Below are positions 9,949 through 18,578 of a stretch of 64,000 nt of DNA, one piece after another. The position numbers and the translations under genes are program-made. The notes under the pieces are model-generated. The model ran no database searches. It saw only the letters and a program-made list of their open reading frames with translations, and was not told where the DNA came from. The DNA lies in NCBI GenBank assembly GCA_045863335.1, contig BTVY01000017.1, positions 1-64,000 on the forward strand, in the 5' to 3' direction. Source of the stretch: Candidatus Hydrogenedentota bacterium. GTDB taxonomy: Bacteria; Hydrogenedentota; Hydrogenedentia; Hydrogenedentales; SLHB01. How positions within the stretch are numbered: position 1 is the stretch's first letter; each line of letters opens with the position of its first letter.

Positions 9949-10940
9949 GATCGTGGATGATTGGCATTGTCGTGCTAGCCGTCATGAGCGGATGCTCGTC
10001 ACGCGAAGTCGTTGTCGTGTACAGCCCGCACGGGCCGGATATCCTCAAGGACTACGAGGCCCGCTTCGAGGCAGCCTACCCCGAAGTGGACATGCAATGG
10101 GTCGATGCGGGGTCGCAGGAAGTCTACAGCCGGGTGAAGGCGGAGCGCGGAAGGCCCCAAGGGGACGTCTGGTGGGGCGCGCCGTCAACGATGTTCATGC
10201 AGGCCGCGCAGGAAGACTTGCTGGAACCATATCGTCCGGAATGGGCGGACTCGGTTGCCGCGGAATACAAGGACACTGAGGATCGCTGGTACGGCACGTA
10301 CCGTTCGCCACTGGCGATCATGTACAACAGCCGCCACTACACGGCGGAGCAAGTTCCGCAGACCTGGGACGATCTGCTGCTTCCGGAGTGGACCGGTAAG
10401 ATTACCATGAGAAAGCCGCTGCCCTCGGGAACCATGCGGACGTTTATCGGGGCGATGATCTACCGAGCGCCCGGCGACGACGATGGGATTGCGTGGCTGG
10501 ATGCGCTGCACGATCAAGTTGAAGCCTACATGGAAAACCCGCAGCTGCTGTTCGATCACGTGAAGAAGCAAGAGGATCTCGTCAGCGTGTGGCTCATGCC
10601 CGACGTGGCGCTGCAGCGGGAACGCAACGGGTTTCCCTTTGAATGCGTCGTGCCGCCGAACACGCCCGTGCTGACGGAGGGCATCGCCATCATCAAAGGC
10701 GCGCCGCACGCCGACTGGGCCCGAAAGTTTTACGATTTCGTCACCACGCCAGAGGCGCTCGCGCAGCAGGCGGAGGCCTATGCAAAGGTTCCCGCGCGCA
10801 CGGATCTTGACCCCGGGACCCTTCCCGACTGGATCGCGTCGTTGGACATCGAACCGATGGAAATCGACTGGACCACGTTTGCGCGAAACGAGAAACGCTG
10901 GTGCGAACGTTGGGAAGCGGAAGTGTATAACGCGCCATGA
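9945..10940 (+). CDS. ABC transporter substrate-binding lipoprotein (Fe3+/polyamine/sugar-phosphate class)
   Basis: Lipobox MSGC; VVVYSPH, PQGDVWWG and VPQTWDDLL motifs. Confidence 0.85.
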   Translation: MRSWMIGIVVLAVMSGCSSREVVVVYSPHGPDILKDYEARFEAAYPEVDMQWVDAGSQEVYSRVKAERGRPQGDVWWGAPSTMFMQAAQEDLLEPYRPEWADSVAAEYKDTEDRWYGTYRSPLAIMYNSRHYTAEQVPQTWDDLLLPEWTGKITMRKPLPSGTMRTFIGAMIYRAPGDDDGIAWLDALHDQVEAYMENPQLLFDHVKKQEDLVSVWLMPDVALQRERNGFPFECVVPPNTPVLTEGIAIIKGAPHADWARKFYDFVTTPEALAQQAEAYAKVPARTDLDPGTLPDWIASLDIEPMEIDWTTFARNEKRWCERWEAEVYNAP

Positions 10941-11692
10941 GTTCCGTTCGTTGCGAGAGCATTACGCGCGTATATGACGAGGGTGGCGGCGTCCGGGAGT
11001 TCACCTGCACGATTCAGCAGGGCGAGTTCTTTGCCCTGCTTGGTCCCAGCGGATGCGGCAAGACGACGACGTTGCGCGTGATCGCGGGGCTGGAAGTGCC
11101 TGATAGCGGCCGCCTGTTTTTCGACGAACGCGACGTGACCGCGTTGCCGCCGGAGAAGCGCAACGCGGCCATGGTGTTTCAGAGCTACGCGTTGTTCCCG
11201 CACATGAACGTGTTCAACAACGTGGCGTTCGGACTGCGCGCGCGTGGCATGGCAAAAGGCGAGATTGCGGATCGCGTCGCGGAATCTCTCCAGCGGGTGC
11301 AATTGGAAGGCGTGCAAGAGCGCCCGGTGACCGATCTGAGCGGGGGGCAACAACAGCGCGTGGCGTTGGCGCGGTCGCTGGCGGTCCATCCGGCCATCCT
11401 GCTGCTGGACGAGCCGCTGAGCAATCTGGATGCGGAACTGCGGCACGCGACACGGCGGGAACTGGCGGAGTTGCAGCAACGCCTCGGTATCACGGCTATC
11501 TACGTGACGCACGACCAGGAAGAGGCGCTCGACCTGGCGGACCGGATTGCGGTGATGAAGGACGGACGCTGCCACCAGATTGGCACCCCGGAGCAGATAT
11601 TGGATGCTCCAGAAACCGAGTTCGTCCGGTCCTTCCTTGAACGGCAGCGCCGATTGATGACGCGGATGAATGAGTCCGGCCCGACGCTGTAA
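10937..11692 (+). CDS. ABC transporter ATP-binding protein (FbpC/PotA-like, no TOBE tail)
   Basis: GPSGCGKT, LSGGQQQR, LLLDEP and YVTHDQEEA motifs. Confidence 0.92.
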   Translation: MSSVRCESITRVYDEGGGVREFTCTIQQGEFFALLGPSGCGKTTTLRVIAGLEVPDSGRLFFDERDVTALPPEKRNAAMVFQSYALFPHMNVFNNVAFGLRARGMAKGEIADRVAESLQRVQLEGVQERPVTDLSGGQQQRVALARSLAVHPAILLLDEPLSNLDAELRHATRRELAELQQRLGITAIYVTHDQEEALDLADRIAVMKDGRCHQIGTPEQILDAPETEFVRSFLERQRRLMTRMNESGPTL

Positions 11693-11746
11693 CGGCTTCA
11701 CTTCCACACCGTGATATACTGATACGCTGTCAGGAAGGAGGAAGCC

Positions 11747-12139
11747 ATGGCCGACATACACGACAAACGAGAGTTCACCCGCGTCCATACGGACCTCGAT
11801 GCGAAACTGCTCCAACCCGGCCGCCCTCCTGTTTCCTGTCATCTGGAAGACCTCAGCATGAATGGCGCGCTTGTAGCGGCCCAAGGCGAAGTGGCGGATG
11901 GAACGACCTGCACCATGGAGCTTCTCTTGCCGGGCGCGGATCCTCCGGTTCGGATTGTGGCGAAGGGCACGGTCACTCGCCTGGAAGCGAACATGGTCGC
12001 TGTTGCCTTTGAGGAGATCGACGAAGAGAGCTTCGTTCATTTGCGAAAGCTGGTGTTGGTCAACGCGGACGATCCCGCGCGAGTCGAAGACGAACTCGAC
12101 AGCAGCGTCGGCATTCGGCGTCAGCAAACGGATTTCTAA
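11747..12139 (+). CDS. PilZ domain protein (c-di-GMP receptor)
   Basis: KREFTR (RxxxR) and DLSMNG (DxSxxG) motifs. Confidence 0.85.
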   Translation: MADIHDKREFTRVHTDLDAKLLQPGRPPVSCHLEDLSMNGALVAAQGEVADGTTCTMELLLPGADPPVRIVAKGTVTRLEANMVAVAFEEIDEESFVHLRKLVLVNADDPARVEDELDSSVGIRRQQTDF

Positions 12140-12163
12140 TTTGCTGCGGAGGAAACGTTGCCA

Positions 12164-12697
12164 ATGAAGATGCGCGTTGGAAACGGGAACATCGAAGTCG
12201 TCCAGGGGGACATCACGAAAGAGTCTGTGGACGCCATCGTAAACGCAGCAAACTCCGGTCTGCGCGGCGGTGGCGGCGTGGACGGGGCGATCCATCGTGC
12301 CGGCGGTCCGGCCATCATGGACGAGTGCCGGAAGTTGGGTGGTTGCGATACGGGCGGCGCGAAGATCACGACGGGCGGCAAGCTTTCCGCGAAGTACGTG
12401 ATCCATGCCGTGGGTCCCGTGTACCGCGACGGCAAGCACGGTGAACCAGAGCTGTTGGCGAGTTGTTACCGACGCAGCCTGGAGGTCGCGGCGGAGAACG
12501 GCGCGCGTACGGTTGCGTTTCCCGCCATCAGTTGCGGCGTGTATGGCTATCCAATTCCCGAAGCGGCGCGCATTGCGGTGGATACTGTGTCTGCGTTTCT
12601 GAATGGTCACGATTCCATTGATACGGTCCGGTTCGTGCTGTTTACGAACGACGTACTCGAAGCGTTTCAGAACGCCCTGGAATCGAGCGCATCGTGA
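12164..12697 (+). CDS. ymdB: Macro-domain O-acetyl-ADP-ribose deacetylase (YmdB-like)
   Basis: GDIT, IVNAAN, GGGGVDGAIH, HAVGP and FPAISCGVYG motifs. Confidence 0.9.
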   Translation: MKMRVGNGNIEVVQGDITKESVDAIVNAANSGLRGGGGVDGAIHRAGGPAIMDECRKLGGCDTGGAKITTGGKLSAKYVIHAVGPVYRDGKHGEPELLASCYRRSLEVAAENGARTVAFPAISCGVYGYPIPEAARIAVDTVSAFLNGHDSIDTVRFVLFTNDVLEAFQNALESSAS

Positions 12698-13821
12698 ACA
12701 GCGTTAGATGTCGCCGAGCACTACCGATCTTGCGCATTCTTTTTTTCGAGGTGTGTTGTTGGATCGTAGCATTCGCGGCGTCTGCGGATGATCCGGCAGC
12801 CTTGCCCTCACTTCCCCAATCCGACGGCCAGGTGACGATAGCGGCGCAGGAGTGGCCGCGCCAGCCGGGGCCGCGTACGGTCGAAGTGTATCTGCGCTAT
12901 CCGGGAGGCGACATTTCCCAGGTCAACGAACGCACCGGCCTCATGTTGAGCCTGCACAATTGGGGCGGCACGGGGGCAACCGGCGCGCCGGACCCGGCGA
13001 CGCTTGCGAACCGCTACAACGTGGTCGCCATCAGCGTCGACTACGTGCAGAGCGGCAAGTACGAAGCGGAACTGGGGGTGCCTTACGACCACGGGTACTA
13101 CCAGGCGTTGGACGCGTTGCGGGCCTTGTATTTCGTGTGGGACGGTTTGAGCCAGGCGAAGATCCCGTTCGCGAAAGGCCGCGTGTTTGCCACGGGCGGA
13201 TCAGGCGGCGGGAATGTGTCGCTCATGGTGAACAAGCTCGCGCCGCGCACCTTCGCGTGCATCATCGATATTTGCGGGATGCCAAAGTTGAGCGACGATG
13301 TTGCCTTCAACCTGGACGGAGGGAGCCGGCTCAACGCGGGGTACAGCCCCGACCCGGATGACCCGCGGTATTTGAACGCCGACGCGCAGGCAATCCGATT
13401 CGTAGGCAATCCAGAGCATCTGCAGACGATGAAGGCATTGGGGAATGCGTGCAAGATCGTCATCGTGCATGGAACCACGGACGACGCGTGCCTGGTGTCC
13501 GACGCGCGCGAGATGGCGGTGAATATGGCTGACGCAGGACTGGATGTGGAGCCGCACTTCATTGAGGAAGCGGATCTCGATGGGGAGATTTTAAAGACGA
13601 CGGGGCACAGTCTAGGCGATCGGACTGAGATTGTGGAGAAGTTCGCGGGGGAGTATCTGGCGCCAAATGGGCCGAATGCGCTGGAGCGCGGGACGCCATC
13701 GGATCTTGAGTCTCGGGAAGAGAACGTGCGATACGAGACGGCTAACGGAACGTTTGTCATTTCGTACGCGCCAGGATACCCGGTGGGCCGGTTTGAGCGA
13801 AGGGTATTGAATGAAGAGTAG
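12694..13821 (+). CDS. Secreted alpha/beta hydrolase (DUF2920-like)
   Basis: LHNWGG, GGSGGG nucleophile elbow, HGTTDD and GHS motifs. Confidence 0.7.
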   Translation: MNSVRCRRALPILRILFFEVCCWIVAFAASADDPAALPSLPQSDGQVTIAAQEWPRQPGPRTVEVYLRYPGGDISQVNERTGLMLSLHNWGGTGATGAPDPATLANRYNVVAISVDYVQSGKYEAELGVPYDHGYYQALDALRALYFVWDGLSQAKIPFAKGRVFATGGSGGGNVSLMVNKLAPRTFACIIDICGMPKLSDDVAFNLDGGSRLNAGYSPDPDDPRYLNADAQAIRFVGNPEHLQTMKALGNACKIVIVHGTTDDACLVSDAREMAVNMADAGLDVEPHFIEEADLDGEILKTTGHSLGDRTEIVEKFAGEYLAPNGPNALERGTPSDLESREENVRYETANGTFVISYAPGYPVGRFERRVLNEE

Positions 13822-14292
13822 TACTTATTCGGAATGGAGATGCCTTGGGACGCGCTGCCCCAGAGGATCGCAGCACCGTCAGTGAGCCGGAGGCCGATTG
13901 CAGAGATCTGAAGACCGGGGGTGCGCTAGCGTACAACGTGCAGATGGTGGCGGACTTGGCGCAACGGCTGGAGGCTCCAATAGGCCATCGAGTGGAGATG
14001 GCTCGCGGGACTTAGGTCGAAGGAATGTTCGCGACAAAGGCCTGCACGGCTGGACCCGATGTCGAACCCTGAAACTCAGAGCCGTCCAAGCCGAACTGAA
14101 TTGGCATCAACTTGCTCGTGACCTGTGCTTGCTTATCGGAATCGGGCAGCCCATGGCGCCGCCGGAAGACCAGAATTGCCGTGACCAAATCCAATGGCAA
14201 AGACGAGACGCGAACCGCGTGTATGAGTATTGGGAAATCCCCTGCACGGAGATGACGGATAGCACACGATGATTCGCATGTTCGTCATAACC

Positions 14293-14318
14293 ATCCTTCC
14301 CGCGAAAGCGAGAACCCA
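14293..14318. repeat. Degenerate REP-like palindrome (TTCCCGCGAAAGCGGGAA type)
   Basis: TTCCCGC-GAAA-GCGAGAA hairpin just after the stop of the downstream minus-strand gene. Confidence 0.5.
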
Positions 14319-14325
14319 ACCAGAT

Positions 14326-17300
14326 TCAGTCTCCACGGAGCGGCGCCAATGGAGTGTTCAACGGTACTCGACGCCACGCGGGAAACTGAAACTCGCTCGC
14401 ACCAGCCGGCACGGGAAACCGCGCAACTGCGATCTCGTCAACGTCTGACGATTTGACGGGAAATCCCGTCCACAAGTCGCCAATCCGCATACGAACATAT
14501 ACCGAGCTTGCGGTCGATTCCTCCGGCCATCCTTCCGGACGCGGCGTAGACGTCGCGACCGTCTGACCCGTTACGTCGCTGATTTCGCCGGTCCAGTGCG
14601 CGGGCGCGTCCTCGAATCCTCGCCCGGCAATCGTTAGTTCAGACGCGCCCAAGGCGCATGACCATACCGTTTCGCTTCCGCGGTAAACGATACCAAGATC
14701 GCCATGGAACGTCGTGTCCTCAACGGCTTGCGCCGATTCGAACTCGTTCAGAATTGTATACGTGCCCCACGCAGTTTCCACGCGGAGTACCACGGCGTCA
14801 GGTCCTGCGTCGGCAGGCGCGTCCAGTCTCGTTGCATTGAGGACGCGCGGCGTGCCGGCTTCGTCCATCGGTTCGTGAACCGCGACGAAGGTGCTCTCCA
14901 TATTCACGCCTTCGCGCACCGCATCCACGTAGCGGACCCGGCGGCCCGCGTCGTCCCGGGTTTGCTGTCCGGGTCCGTTCGAGGTCTCGACGCGGTGCGC
15001 CGGCGACAGCATCCACAACCGGTACGCGTGCTTCGTATCGCTCCACGTGGCTTGCCAGGAATCCGACGGCGCATTCGCCATGCGCACATCGCGAAAGCCG
15101 AAGATATCTTCGGACGCGAGGCTTGATCCCACCTGCGGCAGCGGCGGTTCGGCAGGCATGTCGAGGCCCGCGAACTCGATCTCACCATCCTGCGAGTCGC
15201 TCGCGGCGACTTCGCTGAAGATGCGGTATGCATGCTTCTCCCCGCCGGCAACACGAAAGATATCGACGAGGACGTTCTTGCCTTCGGGTCCTTTCAGCAA
15301 CAGCACCGTGCGCCGATGCCCCGAACACTGCGGGTAAGCCGTGGAAGATGCCTCCACGGCGGATATCTCCGGGCTCGTCACCATCCAGTGGAAGCTGGGT
15401 ACGCGTTCGCCAAATTCTTGATCCTTGCCGTCAACGACCACGAGGTTGTGACTTTGCGTGCTCTTGATCCACTTGTTAACTGGCATGTCGCCGACGTACC
15501 CGTGGTCCCCGAGAAACGTGGAGTCTTCGTTCCCATAAAAGAGCGCCAGGTTGTCGGAGTGACGATGCCCGCCGGAAGGCGAAAAGGCTAACGACACGAC
15601 CGTGTCTCCGTCATCGGAATCCTGACGCAAGATTGCGTTCATCCAGGCGGGGAAATAGATCTCGGGCAGATCGAGCGGCTTCTCATTTTGCAGCGCCTCT
15701 TCAGACAGATGAATGAGACCATAGTCCGTCGGCCGCGCGTCGCCACGCAATGCGTGCAGCACCCCCGCATACTTTCCGGGATACCGTTTCGTGCCGATTT
15801 CCAAAATGCCCGCGCTCGGTTTCGTGGCGACGTTCGTGTCGCTGAGCGGCAAGTACCGTCCTGTGGGATGGAGCTGATCGACGACGGCCTCCAGCATGAG
15901 CGCGAGGCGCTTGTCGGTTTCGAAGTAGTTCACGGTGCCGCTGCGTCCGGGGAATCCCTCCGGCCACTGAAAGCCGTGCAAGGTTTCCGGCACCGCGATG
16001 AGTTGCGAAAGGTACATGTTCGTATACGCGGGGCTCTCCTTGCTGAACCCATCGTAGAGAAACGACTCGTCGCGCACGATCTCGTATCCACGCAGGGCTA
16101 CATCGGCGTACTCCGGCAGTCCCAGGCATTTCCCAATCGCGGCGAAAGCGTTGTAAACGCGCGGCGCTTTGTTGTTTGCGTTCGTGGCTGCGCCCGCGCC
16201 GCCCGCGTAGGGTTCCGCGCCCATCACGTACTCGAGAAACAAGTCGCGTTCGACCAGCGCGCGAGAGTCGGGAGTCCAGAGCGGGTTGCCTTGCGCGTCC
16301 GTTGCGTCGTGAAGTAAATCGTAGGCGAACAGGAGATCGGGAAGACCCGTGATCGCGTCGGTGCTGGGATGAACGCGTCCCGCGCCCCAGTAGGTTTGCT
16401 CCATACGCGCCGCATCGACGGTATCCTTCGCATACACATCCGCGCAGAGATGCCGCTTCCACTCCAAGGGCAACGCCATGTCGTGCCACGCTGCGTACAG
16501 GGGATCGCAATCCGCGAAGGTGTCCCAGTAATCGTGGTAGAGCCAATTGCGGTAGCACGTGGCCTGGCGCTCCAGAATTGCCACGCCCATCTCCGCGTAT
16601 TCGGGATTCCCCGTGAGCCAGTAAGCGAAGGCGAGCGTATTGGCCGCGCCCCGCATGTACAGCACCTTCTCCGCCCGGATAATTCCGGTGAAGCTCACGT
16701 GAATGGGATGCCCCACCCAATGCCACGCGAGTTTCCCGCTGCGGTCTTCAGCGTTTGCGCGCTCCGCCTCATTGAGATAAAAGGTGAAAGTCTGGCCCGC
16801 GCGCGGCGCCTGCAATACGGCCGTCTCAGGGAAGCGGGGATCCGGATAAACTTGCCCGCAGGCCCTGCATTGAATTTGATCGGGCGCTGCGTTGGACCAG
16901 CGGTAAAGAGAACTCCCCACCGCTTCCTGTGACTGCTCGCCCACGCAGTTCGGGCAGGTGAACCCGTAGGGATTGGCTGGTGTCAATTCCGGGATCATGG
17001 CTTCCACATAGCCGTCGGGCTGCGCGACCAGGATATCCGCCTGGGCGATGATTCCGCGATACCAATCCGCGCCCCATTCCGTAGATTCGGCGCGTTTCAG
17101 GATCGTCTCCCGAGCACTTGCGTCGACCATGACCGGATGGTCGAGTTGTACCCGGCCCGCAAGCAGGGCGTCCTTGCGGGCTTCCATCTCGGCGCGAAAC
17201 GCGGTCTCCTCCCGGGAGACGCCCGGCAACTGCCAGGGCATAAGACCTTCTCCGCGCGTGACCGCGTCAACGTACTCCGTCTTGCGATCGGCCGCACCCG

Positions 17301-17370
17301 GCTCCTGTGCCACTGTGGTCATCGCAGCCGCACTCAAAACCGCCACGATCCCAAGTATCGAAACTCGCAC
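14326..17370 (-). CDS. Heparinase II/III-family polysaccharide lyase-like protein, secreted
   Basis: Signal peptide; ESPAY, GGHRHSDNL, DHGY and SHNLVVVDG motifs; CPNC...CRAC Zn finger. Confidence 0.8.
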   Translation of the reverse strand: MRVSILGIVAVLSAAAMTTVAQEPGAADRKTEYVDAVTRGEGLMPWQLPGVSREETAFRAEMEARKDALLAGRVQLDHPVMVDASARETILKRAESTEWGADWYRGIIAQADILVAQPDGYVEAMIPELTPANPYGFTCPNCVGEQSQEAVGSSLYRWSNAAPDQIQCRACGQVYPDPRFPETAVLQAPRAGQTFTFYLNEAERANAEDRSGKLAWHWVGHPIHVSFTGIIRAEKVLYMRGAANTLAFAYWLTGNPEYAEMGVAILERQATCYRNWLYHDYWDTFADCDPLYAAWHDMALPLEWKRHLCADVYAKDTVDAARMEQTYWGAGRVHPSTDAITGLPDLLFAYDLLHDATDAQGNPLWTPDSRALVERDLFLEYVMGAEPYAGGAGAATNANNKAPRVYNAFAAIGKCLGLPEYADVALRGYEIVRDESFLYDGFSKESPAYTNMYLSQLIAVPETLHGFQWPEGFPGRSGTVNYFETDKRLALMLEAVVDQLHPTGRYLPLSDTNVATKPSAGILEIGTKRYPGKYAGVLHALRGDARPTDYGLIHLSEEALQNEKPLDLPEIYFPAWMNAILRQDSDDGDTVVSLAFSPSGGHRHSDNLALFYGNEDSTFLGDHGYVGDMPVNKWIKSTQSHNLVVVDGKDQEFGERVPSFHWMVTSPEISAVEASSTAYPQCSGHRRTVLLLKGPEGKNVLVDIFRVAGGEKHAYRIFSEVAASDSQDGEIEFAGLDMPAEPPLPQVGSSLASEDIFGFRDVRMANAPSDSWQATWSDTKHAYRLWMLSPAHRVETSNGPGQQTRDDAGRRVRYVDAVREGVNMESTFVAVHEPMDEAGTPRVLNATRLDAPADAGPDAVVLRVETAWGTYTILNEFESAQAVEDTTFHGDLGIVYRGSETVWSCALGASELTIAGRGFEDAPAHWTGEISDVTGQTVATSTPRPEGWPEESTASSVYVRMRIGDLWTGFPVKSSDVDEIAVARFPVPAGASEFQFPAWRRVPLNTPLAPLRGD

Positions 17371-17441
17371 CCTTTGCCCCTTTCTTGCTACTCTCGTCAG
17401 ATACCGGTTGAACCTTGGCTCCTACCTGTGAGGAATGCCCC

Positions 17442-18578
17442 GTGTATCACGCGATAGCCTTTATTGTTGCCACGACGGTGATCGCGGCAACGGATACACC
17501 CAAGCCCGCCAGCCCGCAGACCGCGACCATCATCGTCGCCACGCACGACTCCTCGGTTCGATCCAAGTCGACGGCGGACTTTGTCGGCGACGGCAATGGC
17601 GATCAAGAAGAGATCAACGCCGCGATTCGCGCGCTTCCCGAGCCGGGCGGCACCGTCATGCTCATGGAAGGAACCTACGACATCCGCCGTGTCGAGGGCA
17701 AACTGGGCGGGGTGCTGATTGAGCGGAGCAACGTAACTCTCGCAGGGCAAGGCGCCGCAACAAAGCTAGTTCAGGCGCCGGAGCAGGAAACCAACGTGAT
17801 CCGCGTTATCGGGTCCGGCGTCGGTCATATCACCATTCGCGATCTCTACGTCGACGCTAACCGCGACCAGAACCCCCTCGGCGAAGGCGACCCAGACGTG
17901 TCCCACGCGCGGTTCGAATTCTGCGGGATCAAGGCCTATTACCAGGAACCCGGCGGACCCGGCGGCGAACCGAATCACAACATTACCATCGAGAACTGTT
18001 ACGTGCTCAACGCGCGGCGCTTGGGCATCATGCTGGAAGGTTTCAACATGCGCGTGCGCAACAACGTGCTCGGCAACGCCATGTCGGATTCAGTGGAAAT
18101 TCTCACCGGCCCCGGCGAGATTCGGGGGAACTACGTCGAGATTACGGGCCGGACGCATGTAGCCATTGGATCGGATCGCGGCGACAACATCATCATGGCC
18201 AACAACATCGTCCACGTGAAGGAAGGCGGCGATATCGACATCGGCTTCCGATCCTGGGCCGATTCGCACCGGCATGTGATTGCGGATAACGTGTTGACTG
18301 TCGACCCGGGCGGGAAGTGCGGCAAGGCCGTCGACGCCCGCGGCTTCGGCGCCGTCATCTCCGGGAATAACTTCTATTCCGCCACGGAAAAGCTCGTACT
18401 GTCCGTCGGCGCTGGAAACAGCATCGTCTCCGGTAATATTCTGGATAACGTGGTCGTCGAAGTGGACGACACCACAGGCGCTAACAAACCAATTCTGATC
18501 AACAACAATATACTGGAGAATTCCGAAATCGTCGTGAAGAATGGAAACGTGAATCCGGCGGAAGGGAGTGATTCGTAA
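17442..18578 (+). CDS. Right-handed parallel beta-helix protein (pectate lyase-like)
   Basis: DQEEINAAI...GGTVMLMEGTY; many Asn-ladder repeats (NNVL, GNY, ANNI, SGNN). Confidence 0.8.
   Translation: MYHAIAFIVATTVIAATDTPKPASPQTATIIVATHDSSVRSKSTADFVGDGNGDQEEINAAIRALPEPGGTVMLMEGTYDIRRVEGKLGGVLIERSNVTLAGQGAATKLVQAPEQETNVIRVIGSGVGHITIRDLYVDANRDQNPLGEGDPDVSHARFEFCGIKAYYQEPGGPGGEPNHNITIENCYVLNARRLGIMLEGFNMRVRNNVLGNAMSDSVEILTGPGEIRGNYVEITGRTHVAIGSDRGDNIIMANNIVHVKEGGDIDIGFRSWADSHRHVIADNVLTVDPGGKCGKAVDARGFGAVISGNNFYSATEKLVLSVGAGNSIVSGNILDNVVVEVDDTTGANKPILINNNILENSEIVVKNGNVNPAEGSDS

Noticed and set aside
12164-12697. Macro domain as an anti-phage (Thoeris/DarG-like) component
   Set aside because: Stand-alone YmdB-like protein in a housekeeping context with no TIR, SIR2 or DarT neighbours.
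13822-14290. About 470-bp intergenic region with a 124-aa ORF (13898-14272)
   Set aside because: TTG start, no clear RBS and no recognisable motif. It could be decayed DNA, but I cannot support a call.
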